DNA from: Candidatus Falkowbacteria bacterium | GTDB taxonomy: Bacteria; Patescibacteriota; Patescibacteriia; Patescibacteriales; WJLG01 | DNA: 25,185 bases | Reading direction: 5' to 3' | NCBI GenBank assembly: GCA_014728685.1 | Contig: WJLG01000049.1 | Span: 1 to 25,185 of the forward strand | In this document: positions 8,568 through 18,137 of the stretch, one piece after another | How the letters are laid out: each line of letters opens with the position of its first letter | Numbering within the stretch: the first letter of the stretch is position 1 | Position numbers and translations under genes: made by a program | The notes under the pieces: model-generated | Told to the model about the DNA's origin: nothing | Seen by the model: only the letters and a program-made list of their open reading frames with translations | The model's database searches: none

Positions 8568-8999
8568 CTAGAACATAAAATGTCCGATCAGGCTCACGGC
8601 CAAGCCTATTGATGAACCGACAGCTACTTGAGCCGGTGTATGGCCTATCTCTTCCAAAAGGTGGGGGTAGCGCTTTTCCAGGACATCATCGTCTTTTAGA
8701 TCATGAACCAGTATATTCAGGGTTTTACCATGCTCACCCAGATATCTTCTTATTCCCAAAGCGTCCCTGATAACTATGATCGCCAATATCAAGCTAATCG
8801 CGAAAGCAGATGACTCAAAACCTTCCCTTAATCCGGAAATGACCGCCAAAGATACCACGCTGGCACTATGTCCGGATGGCATTCCGGAATAAGTCACCAA
8901 AAAATTCTTAAGCTTGGTTTTTCTATTGCTTTTTATTAATAGCTTCAACCCTTGAGCGATAAAACCGGAGATCAGGGGTAATAATATTATCAGATACAT
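8568..8999 (-). CDS. Divergent PAP2 family protein (DUF212, YuiD-like)
   Basis: AQGLK, SGMPSGHSA, IRDALGIRR..GEH...LN and GHTPAQV motifs. Confidence 0.9.
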   Translation of the reverse strand: MYLIILLPLISGFIAQGLKLLIKSNRKTKLKNFLVTYSGMPSGHSASVVSLAVISGLREGFESSAFAISLILAIIVIRDALGIRRYLGEHGKTLNILVHDLKDDDVLEKRYPHLLEEIGHTPAQVAVGSSIGLAVSLIGHFMF

Positions 9000-9007
9000 A
9001 TTTGTGT

Positions 9008-11029
<2,022 letters not shown>

Positions 11030-11080
11030 TCAAAAAATGGTAGTCTTACTACCTTTATTAAATTAATCTATTATACTTTA

Positions 11081-11109
11081 ATTTTAGCAAAAAAAGACTA
11101 TCTAAGCAA
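11081..11109 (-). promoter_or_regulatory. Sigma70-type promoter of gyrB
   Basis: Minus strand: TTGCTT (11109-11104), 17-nt spacer, TAAAAT (11086-11081) with extended TG. Confidence 0.55.
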
Positions 11110-11192
11110 GAGTGTTTTAAGGCTGTTTTTTTCACTAAAATAAGGAATATTAAAACAAGGAGCAAGAAGTATGTCGAAGTGTTTGATATTTT

Positions 11193-11221
11193 TTAACATT
11201 TAGGCGAATATGTGTTAAAAT
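11193..11221 (+). promoter_or_regulatory. Promoter of the hypothetical-rodA-rplY-DUF3048 cluster
   Basis: TTAACA (11193-11198), 17-nt spacer, TAAAAT (11216-11221) with extended TG. A second TATAAT follows at 11222. Confidence 0.55.
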
Positions 11222-11249
11222 TATAATGTTTGATTTAGTATATAAAAAA

Positions 11250-12191
11250 ATGAATACAAAAAATGATCCTAAAAATAAAAAGGCTGATATGAAAGCCTCC
11301 GCGCCAGGCAATAAAGTTGATATAAACAAATACCAAGATCTTGAAGGCGTAAGTATGAACAAATTAAGCTTTGGCTTGTGGTGGGTTAGGAATAAATCCA
11401 AGTTGAAATTATCTCTTATCATCATCTTGATAACCGCCTCTGTGGTCTCGTGGGGATATACGATCTTTCAGTGGTCTTATTACTTTGCGGTATTGCGCTC
11501 TCAAGACGAAGAAATGGTGCGGATAATGGCGGAAACGACAACCGTGCCCGTGGTTTACTTGAAAGCCAGGTCAGCCAAGAATGTAAGTATTTCATCGGTT
11601 TATATGCTTGAAGGAGGAGGGAAGCATGATCTTTATACTCTTGTTCAAAATCCAAATGAAAGACACTTGGGAAGATTGCCCTACTGCTTCATAAAGGGTG
11701 CGGAGAATATCGACTGCTCTGAGACTTTCGTTCTTCCGGGCCAAACAAAATATATTTTGTCATTGGCTCATGAATTTTCGAGCCGACCTAAGAATGTAAA
11801 ATTGAACATCAATAATATCACTTGGACCAGGATCGATCCGCATGAGATACCGAATTGGCAAGCCTTCCAGGAAGACCATCTTGATTTTTTGATAGAGGAT
11901 GTTAGTTTTACGCCCGCATCTCAGAATGAGCTTACCGAGAAGGTCAATCTTAATTTGTTGAATTTTTCAATAACCAATAATACACCTTATAGCTATTATG
12001 AAATGCCTTTGAATATTGTTTTAAAAAGAGGGAATAGAGTAGTGGCTGTCAATAAATACGTAATAAAGGATTTTGGATCGAACAAAAAAGAAGATATCTC
12101 GCTTAATTGGCCGGGCCACATAGGCAGTATAACCGAGGCTGAGATCAACGCGGATATAAATATATTAAGGCAAGATATTTACAGTCCATAA
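11250..12191 (+). CDS. Hypothetical bitopic membrane protein with a probable extracellular tandem beta-sandwich region
   Basis: One TM helix (LIIILITASVVSWGY) followed by beta-rich segments (DLYTLVQNPN, FSITNNT). Start 11250 chosen because ATG 11226 overlaps the promoter. Confidence 0.7.
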   Translation: MNTKNDPKNKKADMKASAPGNKVDINKYQDLEGVSMNKLSFGLWWVRNKSKLKLSLIIILITASVVSWGYTIFQWSYYFAVLRSQDEEMVRIMAETTTVPVVYLKARSAKNVSISSVYMLEGGGKHDLYTLVQNPNERHLGRLPYCFIKGAENIDCSETFVLPGQTKYILSLAHEFSSRPKNVKLNINNITWTRIDPHEIPNWQAFQEDHLDFLIEDVSFTPASQNELTEKVNLNLLNFSITNNTPYSYYEMPLNIVLKRGNRVVAVNKYVIKDFGSNKKEDISLNWPGHIGSITEAEINADINILRQDIYSP

Positions 12192-12225
12192 TTGCTAATA
12201 TTAGATAAAGGAGAATAAAAATGAA

Positions 12226-13329
12226 ATGAACAGGATATTTTTATATTTAAAGAATTTTGATTGGATAATATTTTCATCGGTCTTATTGCTTGCCTGTTTT
12301 GGACTGGTGGAAATATACAGTATCGCTCTCGGCAATGACGCTGCCGATTTTTTAAATTTTCAAAAACAAATCCTATTCATTTTTTCCGGCGTCGCTCTGC
12401 TGTTTATTTTTTCATTCATTGATTTTCATACGCTTAAGAATTGGAGTATTTATATTTATTTGGGTACGCTCGGGGTCTTGGGAGCGGTGTTGCTCTGGGG
12501 AGTTAACATCAGGGGCAGCCGCGCTTGGTTTTCGATCGCCGGCTTTAATATCCAACCGTCGGAATTCGCTAAAATAGTATTGATCATATTTCTGGCAAAA
12601 TTCTTTTCTTCTCGAGCTACAAAGAACAGACCCTTGAAACAACTCGTGCTGTCGGGCGTGGGCGCAATGGGCATTGCTATTTTTGTTTTTTTGCAGCCGG
12701 ATTTCGGATCAGCCCTGTTGCTTTTATCTATCTGGCTGCTCATGTTGATAATTACGGGATTTTCCAAAAAATATTTTATTATTTTGGGCATCATCCTGTT
12801 GGCCGGATCAATGATACTTTGGAATTTTTCCTTCAAGGATTACCAGAAGCAGAGGATACTCACTTTCTTAAACCCAACAGCCGACGCCCTTGACCAAGGA
12901 TACAATGTCAGCCAAGCGATGATAGCGGTCGGTTCAGGCCAATTGACCGGGCGAGGCCTGGGCTTTGGCTCCCAATCCCAATTAAAGTTCCTTCCTGAGG
13001 CGCAAAATGATTTTATTTTCGCCGTCATCTCCGAAGAGTTGGGACTCTTGGGTTGTCTGTCGGTCATACTTCTTTATACAGCTTTCTTTTTCAGATCTAT
13101 TGCTGTAATAAAGAAAATAAACAGTGATTTTGGCATTTTCTTTATTTTAGGCGCCTTGGGCTTGATTTTTATTGAAATGTTTATTAATATTAGTATGAAT
13201 ATAGGAATCCTCCCAGTGGTGGGGATTTCTTTGCCTTTTATTAGTTATGGAGGCAGTTCTATAATATCATCATTCATATTGGTGGGAATTATGGAAAATA
13301 TAATAATAAGATCAAAGATAAATTACTAA
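12226..13329 (+). CDS. rodA: Rod shape-determining SEDS glycosyltransferase RodA
   Basis: RAWF...IQPSEFAK, QPDFGS, YQKQRI, GYNVSQAMIAVGSG, LPEAQNDFIFAVISEELG, LPFISYGGSS. Confidence 0.9.
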   Translation: MNRIFLYLKNFDWIIFSSVLLLACFGLVEIYSIALGNDAADFLNFQKQILFIFSGVALLFIFSFIDFHTLKNWSIYIYLGTLGVLGAVLLWGVNIRGSRAWFSIAGFNIQPSEFAKIVLIIFLAKFFSSRATKNRPLKQLVLSGVGAMGIAIFVFLQPDFGSALLLLSIWLLMLIITGFSKKYFIILGIILLAGSMILWNFSFKDYQKQRILTFLNPTADALDQGYNVSQAMIAVGSGQLTGRGLGFGSQSQLKFLPEAQNDFIFAVISEELGLLGCLSVILLYTAFFFRSIAVIKKINSDFGIFFILGALGLIFIEMFINISMNIGILPVVGISLPFISYGGSSIISSFILVGIMENIIIRSKINY

Positions 13330-13355
13330 TATTACTAAAATAAGCAAAATATTGT

Positions 13356-14051
13356 ATGAAAAATGAAACAAAGACCTTTTCTGTGAAAACCAGGACAAAG
13401 GAAGAAAAAGCCAAAAATATCATCAATGATAATATGGTCCCTTGCGTTCTCTATGGTGCGCATGTAAAGGAAAATCTGCTTTTGAAAGTAGATAGAGTAC
13501 ATTTGGAAAAAACTTTTAAGCAGGCCGGTGAATCAACCTTATTAAGTCTGGAAATAGACGGAAAAGATAGCGGTAAAAAAGTTTTGATCAAAGACCTTCA
13601 AAAAGATCCGGTAAAGAACGATTTTCTTCATCTTGATCTCTATGAAGTTAATATGAAAGAGCCGATCCATGCCATGATCCATCTTAATTTTGTCGGCGAG
13701 TCATTGGCTGTTGATAAAAAGGGCGGTTCCTTGCTTAAAAACATGGATGAGATCGAAGTCAAATGTCTTCCGGGCGACTTGGTGAACCATATTGATATCG
13801 ACATATCCAGCTTGAACGACTTTGGCCAGTCGATCAAGATCGCTGATATAAAATTGCCGGAAGGAATGGAAGTTTTACATGAGAAAGAAGAAACCATCGC
13901 TATCGTATTAGAGCCTAAAGAAGAAAAAGAACCGGAAGCTCCGGTGGTTGAAGGAGAAGCAGGCGCTGAAGGCGAGGAAGCTAAAGCTGATGAAGGCAAG
14001 GCTGAAGAAAAAGCCAAAGCAGGCGCTGAAGGCGAGGAAGCTAAAAAATAA
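13356..14051 (+). CDS. rplY: 50S ribosomal protein bL25 (long Ctc type) with acidic tail
   Basis: VPCVLYG, LIKDLQKDPV...HLDLY, GESLAVDKKGG, EVKCLP..L...IDIDIS.L. Confidence 0.92.
   Translation: MKNETKTFSVKTRTKEEKAKNIINDNMVPCVLYGAHVKENLLLKVDRVHLEKTFKQAGESTLLSLEIDGKDSGKKVLIKDLQKDPVKNDFLHLDLYEVNMKEPIHAMIHLNFVGESLAVDKKGGSLLKNMDEIEVKCLPGDLVNHIDIDISSLNDFGQSIKIADIKLPEGMEVLHEKEETIAIVLEPKEEKEPEAPVVEGEAGAEGEEAKADEGKAEEKAKAGAEGEEAKK
13957..14045 (+). repeat. Perfect 29-bp direct repeat, two copies, period 60, inside the rplY tail
   Basis: AAGCAGGCGCTGAAGGCGAGGAAGCTAAA at 13957-13985 and 14017-14045; encodes AGAEGEEAK twice. Confidence 0.95.
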
Positions 14052-14060
14052 GATCACTAA

Positions 14061-15221
14061 ATGTCAAATATATCCAAGGAGGAGTTTGGTTCAAGCGAGC
14101 CAAATATTATTGACAAAGCTAAAAACTTCTTTAAGAACAGAACAAAGCTGTGGAAGATCCTTATGATCGCTTCCGTGGCTTTGTTTTTGTTTTGCTCGAT
14201 CATTCTGGCCAAAGTATCGATATCCTATTTTAAAACCGGAAAAATAACAACACCCGAGCTTTTACTTAATGACGAACAAAAAAAGGATGACAAACAAGAA
14301 GCAGTAATCTGCAACGAATGCGCGAGACGAAAGATAGACGGGGTTTATGTCCACGATGATATGGTCGATCCGCCCTTGGCCGCGGCCATGATCGATAATC
14401 ATTTTAACGCTCGTCCGCCAATAGGTCTTGATAAGGCCTCTTTGGTGATAGAAGCTGAGGTCGAAGGCCGCTTTACCCGATACTTAGCGGTTTTTGATAC
14501 AAGCCAAGACATAGATAAGATCGGCCCGATCAGAAGCGCTCGGCCTTATTTTGTCGACTGGGCTCAAGGCTTGAATGCTCTATATTGCCATTGCGGAGGA
14601 AGTCCGCAGGCCTTGGCGGAAATAATCCAGAAAGATATCAATGATCTCAATGAATTCTATAACGCTCCTTACTATTGGAGAGACAAAAGCCAATCCGCGC
14701 CACATAATATATATACTTCTACGGAAAAATTAAGAATATTACTTGAAAAACAAGAGATCAATAACAGCGATTTGGATGCTTGGTCATTCAAAGACGATCA
14801 AGCACTGTCTGAGCCGCAAGACACGGTCATAATGATCGATTTCCCACCAAATGATTTTAAGGTCAGGTGGGAATATAAAAAAGAAAATAACGCTTATTTG
14901 CGTTATTTAGGCGGGGAGAAGCACTTAACGGCCGATGATCAAGAGATCATTTCCAAGAATATCATCATTCAACGTTTACCGGCGCAAGTGATCGACGATA
15001 AATTAAGACTGGAGATGGAAACTCTTGGCCAAGGCCAGGCTATGATCTGCTTGGACGGCCAATGCTTGGACGGGTATTGGGATAAGCCAAGTTTGGAAGA
15101 GAGGACTAAATTCTATTACGAAGACGAGTCTGAAGTGAGTTTTAATGCCGGAACCACTTGGATAGAGGTTGTCAGGCCGGATGTTGAGATAAGGCTGAAT
15201 GACGATAAAGAAGAATTATAA
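14061..15221 (+). CDS. DUF3048 (YerB-like) membrane-anchored extracytoplasmic protein
   Basis: AAMIDNH..ARP..GL..A..V.E..VEG..TR, GPIRSARPYF, HCGGS, APHN.Y, G.TWIEVV. Confidence 0.88.
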   Translation: MSNISKEEFGSSEPNIIDKAKNFFKNRTKLWKILMIASVALFLFCSIILAKVSISYFKTGKITTPELLLNDEQKKDDKQEAVICNECARRKIDGVYVHDDMVDPPLAAAMIDNHFNARPPIGLDKASLVIEAEVEGRFTRYLAVFDTSQDIDKIGPIRSARPYFVDWAQGLNALYCHCGGSPQALAEIIQKDINDLNEFYNAPYYWRDKSQSAPHNIYTSTEKLRILLEKQEINNSDLDAWSFKDDQALSEPQDTVIMIDFPPNDFKVRWEYKKENNAYLRYLGGEKHLTADDQEIISKNIIIQRLPAQVIDDKLRLEMETLGQGQAMICLDGQCLDGYWDKPSLEERTKFYYEDESEVSFNAGTTWIEVVRPDVEIRLNDDKEEL

Positions 15222-16097
15222 TTTTATCGGCGGTCTTTTTTTTCCGGGGATCATGATCACAGCCAAGCGATAAGATCCGCTTAGGTCTTTCTTTATCTCA
15301 TAGTCGGCACTGGGCAATTCATCTTCTATTAATCTTTTTATCTTTTCCGGCTGACTTTCATCGATCTCACAGAGTAAAAATAAAGGATTGGATATCTTGC
15401 TTACGCGAATTTGCTTAAATAGTAAATGGTAATAGTCAAGGCCGTCATCACCGCCCAAAAGAGCCAATTGCGGTTCTTTTTTTATAGTCTTGGAATCTTT
15501 GACCTGCTTTGGAGTAAGATAGGGGAGATTGGCCAAGATAATAGCTGGTTCATTGAATTTCTTTTTCATCATTTCCCTTAAAAGATTAGAGCGGATGAAT
15601 TCGATCCTTGCACTTAATTTATGCTTCTTAGCGTTCTTTTTAGCTGTTTCCAAGGCTTTAGGGCTGATATCAAGCGCGTAAAGATCGGATTTCTCCCAAT
15701 TTTTTCCCAGCGCGACGGTGATGCAGCCGCTGCCGGTCCCGATATCTATGAAATTAACCTTTTCAAAATTGGCAGCGATCTTCAAAGCTTCATTTACCAT
15801 CAATTCTGTTTCCGGACGGGGGATAAGGACGTTCTTGTTGACCAGAAGATCAAGTCCGTAAAATTCTTTGCGTCCGACAAGGTAAGCCAAAGGAACGCCG
15901 GAAATCCTTCTTGCCAGTGCGACAATGAATTTCATGGATTCGGGGAGACTAAGCTCTTTTTCCGGATGAGTGAACAAGAATTCTCTCGGCTTTTTAAGGC
16001 AATGTGCCAAGAGCAGGCCGGCCTCGAGATCGACATTATCGATCTTCTTAGCCTTCAGCTTCTTCTTGCTTTTTGCAAGCGCTTGATTAATATTCAT
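15216..16097 (-). CDS. prmC: Release factor glutamine methyltransferase PrmC/HemK
   Basis: PLAYLVG.KEFYG, VLIPRPETE, DIGTGSGCI, ANLPY, ALLGGDDGLDYY; located next to prfA. Confidence 0.95.
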   Translation of the reverse strand: MNINQALAKSKKKLKAKKIDNVDLEAGLLLAHCLKKPREFLFTHPEKELSLPESMKFIVALARRISGVPLAYLVGRKEFYGLDLLVNKNVLIPRPETELMVNEALKIAANFEKVNFIDIGTGSGCITVALGKNWEKSDLYALDISPKALETAKKNAKKHKLSARIEFIRSNLLREMMKKKFNEPAIILANLPYLTPKQVKDSKTIKKEPQLALLGGDDGLDYYHLLFKQIRVSKISNPLFLLCEIDESQPEKIKRLIEDELPSADYEIKKDLSGSYRLAVIMIPGKKRPPIKL

Positions 16098-16111
16098 TTT
16101 TTATATATAAT
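16083..16111 (+). promoter_or_regulatory. Antisense sigma70 promoter overlapping the prmC start codon
   Basis: TTGATT (16083-16088), 17-nt spacer, TATAAT (16106-16111). The region is AT-rich, so a chance match is possible. Confidence 0.5.
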
Positions 16112-16117
16112 TATTTT

Positions 16118-16328
16118 ACAGATACGCTCTTTCTTTTGGCGGGGCCTCATCGGGAAAACCTCCTTTGAAAAAAAGGTTGAAAAGAGCAAATTTCTCGATG
16201 CTGGCCCCTTTGTCGGGATGTCGCTTGCTTTTGTAGTGTTTCTAGAAGAAGCTTTCTTTCCAAAGGGTGCAAGCGCTCCCGACTTATTTAACCGCCGATA
16301 TGCAAAATTAATATCCGGCGGTTTTTTT
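16118..16328 (+). ncRNA. Candidate structured non-coding RNA (two long hairpins plus terminator); family not recognised
   Basis: Hairpin A 16141-16208, hairpin B 16212-16283, terminator 16290-16328. G-U wobbles and the U-tract favour the plus strand. Confidence 0.5.
16290..16328 (+). terminator. Intrinsic terminator with its U-tract on the plus strand
   Basis: AACCGCCGATAT...ATATCCGGCGGTT followed by TTTTT. Confidence 0.65.
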
Positions 16329-16329
16329 A

Positions 16330-17373
16330 TCAGCCGAGTTCTTTTTCCGCCTCTTTGATGGCGCTGATTATCTTATCGAGATCACCATTTAAAATAGAGT
16401 CCATATTGCTCCAGTTCTTTTTTATGCGATGATCGGTTATTCTATCTTGAGGATAATTGTATGTTCTGATCTTCTCACTCCTGTCTCCGGACCCGATCTG
16501 CTGTTTTCTCTCGGCTGCCTCTTTGCCTAATCTTTCTTCTTCCAATTTGGCCAAAACGCGAGAACGCAATATCTGCATGGCTTTTTCTTTGTTTTGATGC
16601 TGGGATTTCTGATCTTGGCATTGAACGACCGTACCGGTAGGCAGGTGGGTGATCCTAACTGCTGAATTGGTAGTATTGACCTTTTGTCCGCCCGGACCGG
16701 AAGCGGCATAGGTGTCTATCCTTAGGTCATTGGGGCTGATCTCTATATCCACCTCTTCGGCTTCCGGCATCACAGCCACAGTGGCGGCTGAAGTATGGAC
16801 CCGACCTTGCTTTTCCGTTTCCGGCACTCTCTGCACCCTGTGCGTTCCGGCTTCGTATTTAAGCTGGCCATAGACATTGCTGCCGCTTATAGAAAAAATA
16901 ACTTCTTTAAAACCGCCGATACCGGTCTGGCTGGAATCAAGCATCTCCAGTTTCCAGCCTTGTTTTTCGGCAAAGCGGGAGTACATGCGGAAAAGATCGG
17001 CCGCGAACAAGGCTGATTCATCACCGCCGGTTCCGGCGCGTATTTCTATGATCACATCCTTAATATCATTGGGATCAGCCGGATTTAATTCTTGTTCGAC
17101 ATTTTCTTTTAGATCTTTGGCTCGAGCCTCCAGCTCAGGTAGTTCTTCTCGGGCCATAGCCTTGATCTCCTCGTCTTTTTCATTAGCCAGCACTTCTTTG
17201 TTCTGAGAGATCTCATTTTCCAATTTTTCCAATTCCAAGATCCTCTCTACCGGGCCTTTGAGCCGAGAGTGCTGTTTGGAAACTTTCATCAATTCCGCTT
17301 GATCATTGATAACTTGCGGATCGACCAGTCTTTTTTCCAATTCCTCAAATTCTTTTTTTGTATCTTCGTACAT
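16330..17373 (-). CDS. prfA: Peptide chain release factor 1
   Basis: [20 protein letters not shown] (PxT motif, RF1-specific), [14 protein letters not shown]. Confidence 0.97.
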   Translation of the reverse strand: MYEDTKKEFEELEKRLVDPQVINDQAELMKVSKQHSRLKGPVERILELEKLENEISQNKEVLANEKDEEIKAMAREELPELEARAKDLKENVEQELNPADPNDIKDVIIEIRAGTGGDESALFAADLFRMYSRFAEKQGWKLEMLDSSQTGIGGFKEVIFSISGSNVYGQLKYEAGTHRVQRVPETEKQGRVHTSAATVAVMPEAEEVDIEISPNDLRIDTYAASGPGGQKVNTTNSAVRITHLPTGTVVQCQDQKSQHQNKEKAMQILRSRVLAKLEEERLGKEAAERKQQIGSGDRSEKIRTYNYPQDRITDHRIKKNWSNMDSILNGDLDKIISAIKEAEKELG

Positions 17374-17387
17374 AATGTTGCCTAATA

Positions 17388-17449
17388 TAAAACGGCTATT
17401 TGCTCATCTAATGTTTATTATAGCACAAAATGAGTAAATAGCCGTTTTA
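17388..17449. repeat. 20-bp inverted repeat (1 mismatch) between rpmE and prfA; its loop holds a minus-strand extended -10 (TGCTATAAT, 17425-17417)
   Basis: TAAAACGGCTATTTGCTCAT (17388-17407) and ATGAGTAAATAGCCGTTTTA (17430-17449). Confidence 0.85.
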
Positions 17450-17455
17450 AAATAT

Positions 17456-17770
17456 CTATTTTTTGGTTTTTTTCTTAGCGTCGCCGACTTTTTCAACTTT
17501 AGACGAAGCTTTGCGGGCAGCTTTAGCCGCTCTTTTAGCAGTGCGTCCAACTTTAGCGCCGGCCTTTTTCTGCTTTTCGACCTTAGCTTGGAATTTCTCG
17601 ACTCGGCGAGCAGTGTCAACCAATTTTTGCTTACCGGTATAAAAAGGATGGCAACTGGAACACAGATCGACCTGTATTTCCGGCTTAGTTGAGCCGGTGG
17701 CGAATGTGTTTCCGCAGGCGCAGATAACCTTAGCTTCCGGATAGTACTTAGGATGAATTTCTTTTTTCAT
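17456..17770 (-). CDS. rpmE: 50S ribosomal protein bL31 (Zn-binding type) with basic C-terminal extension
   Basis: [34 protein letters not shown]. Confidence 0.96.
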   Translation of the reverse strand: MKKEIHPKYYPEAKVICACGNTFATGSTKPEIQVDLCSSCHPFYTGKQKLVDTARRVEKFQAKVEKQKKAGAKVGRTAKRAAKAARKASSKVEKVGDAKKKTKK

Positions 17771-17808
17771 AAAGTTGCTTATATTTCGTGTAATTTATGA
17801 TATAGAAG

Positions 17809-17837
17809 ATACTAACATAAAAATAAAAATTAATCAA
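17809..17837 (-). promoter_or_regulatory. Promoter of rpmE
   Basis: Minus strand: TTGATT (17837-17832), 17-nt spacer, TAGTAT with extended TG. Confidence 0.5.
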
Positions 17838-17865
17838 GATTAACTGCTTTTTAACCCCTTGATCA

Positions 17866-17907
17866 TTGACATTTATCCATATTTTAGCTATAAACAAATA
17901 AAGGAGG
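17866..17907 (+). promoter_or_regulatory. Promoter and Shine-Dalgarno of the small ORF at 17914
   Basis: TTGACA (17866-17871), 17-nt spacer, TATAAA (17889-17894); AAGGAGG at 17901-17907. Confidence 0.7.
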
Positions 17908-17913
17908 TGCGTC

Positions 17914-18009
17914 ATGAAAGATAATATATTCTATTTTTTCGCACTAATAAGCCATATGCTCCTTATATTTATTGGTATACCGATAATATCATTATTGCAT
18001 CTTTTTTAA
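17914..18009 (+). CDS. Small hydrophobic 31-aa peptide MKDNIFYFFALISHMLLIFIGIPIISLLHLF (not in the ORF track)
   Basis: ATG lies 6 nt after AAGGAGG. It has its own promoter and downstream terminator and a single TM-like stretch. Confidence 0.65.
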   Translation: MKDNIFYFFALISHMLLIFIGIPIISLLHLF

Positions 18010-18074
18010 AAATCTTAAGCTTGCCGTTCATTTTATTTTACGGGCTATGCATAGCTCTGAATTCAAGCAGTCTC

Positions 18075-18108
18075 AAACCGCCTTCACTATCTTAAAGGGC
18101 GGTTTTTT
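18075..18108 (+). terminator. Intrinsic terminator after the small-peptide gene
   Basis: AAACCGCCTT...AGGGCGGTTT followed by a T-tract. Confidence 0.8.
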
Positions 18109-18122
18109 AATCGCTTTTTTTC

Positions 18123-18131
18123 TGCTATAAT
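18123..18131 (+). promoter_or_regulatory. Extended -10 promoter of the glycan operon
   Basis: TGCTATAAT, 6 nt before the ATG at 18138, implying a near-leaderless transcript. Confidence 0.5.
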
Positions 18132-18137
18132 AAGCCT

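Noticed and set aside
11157-11203. AAGGAG followed by a 10-codon ORF, MSKCLIFFNI
   Set aside because: It overlaps the predicted promoter at 11193-11221, has no good upstream promoter, and is too short to distinguish from chance.
13957-14045. 29-bp direct repeats as a possible CRISPR array
   Set aside because: Only two copies, in frame inside rplY, with no cas genes or leader.
15513-15545. PrmC NLPY in place of NPPY
   Set aside because: Single substitution in an otherwise complete enzyme next to prfA; I recall it as a common lineage variant.
16118-16328. Assignment of the structured element to 6S, SRP, tmRNA or a TnpB/IscB omega-RNA
   Set aside because: No SRP helix-8 motif, no tRNA-like ends, no single rod with a central bubble, and no nuclease or transposase nearby. 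Left unassigned.
15621-16358. 245-aa plus-strand ORF
   Set aside because: Antisense shadow of prmC that runs through the hairpin element and its terminator; no recognisable motifs and no SD.
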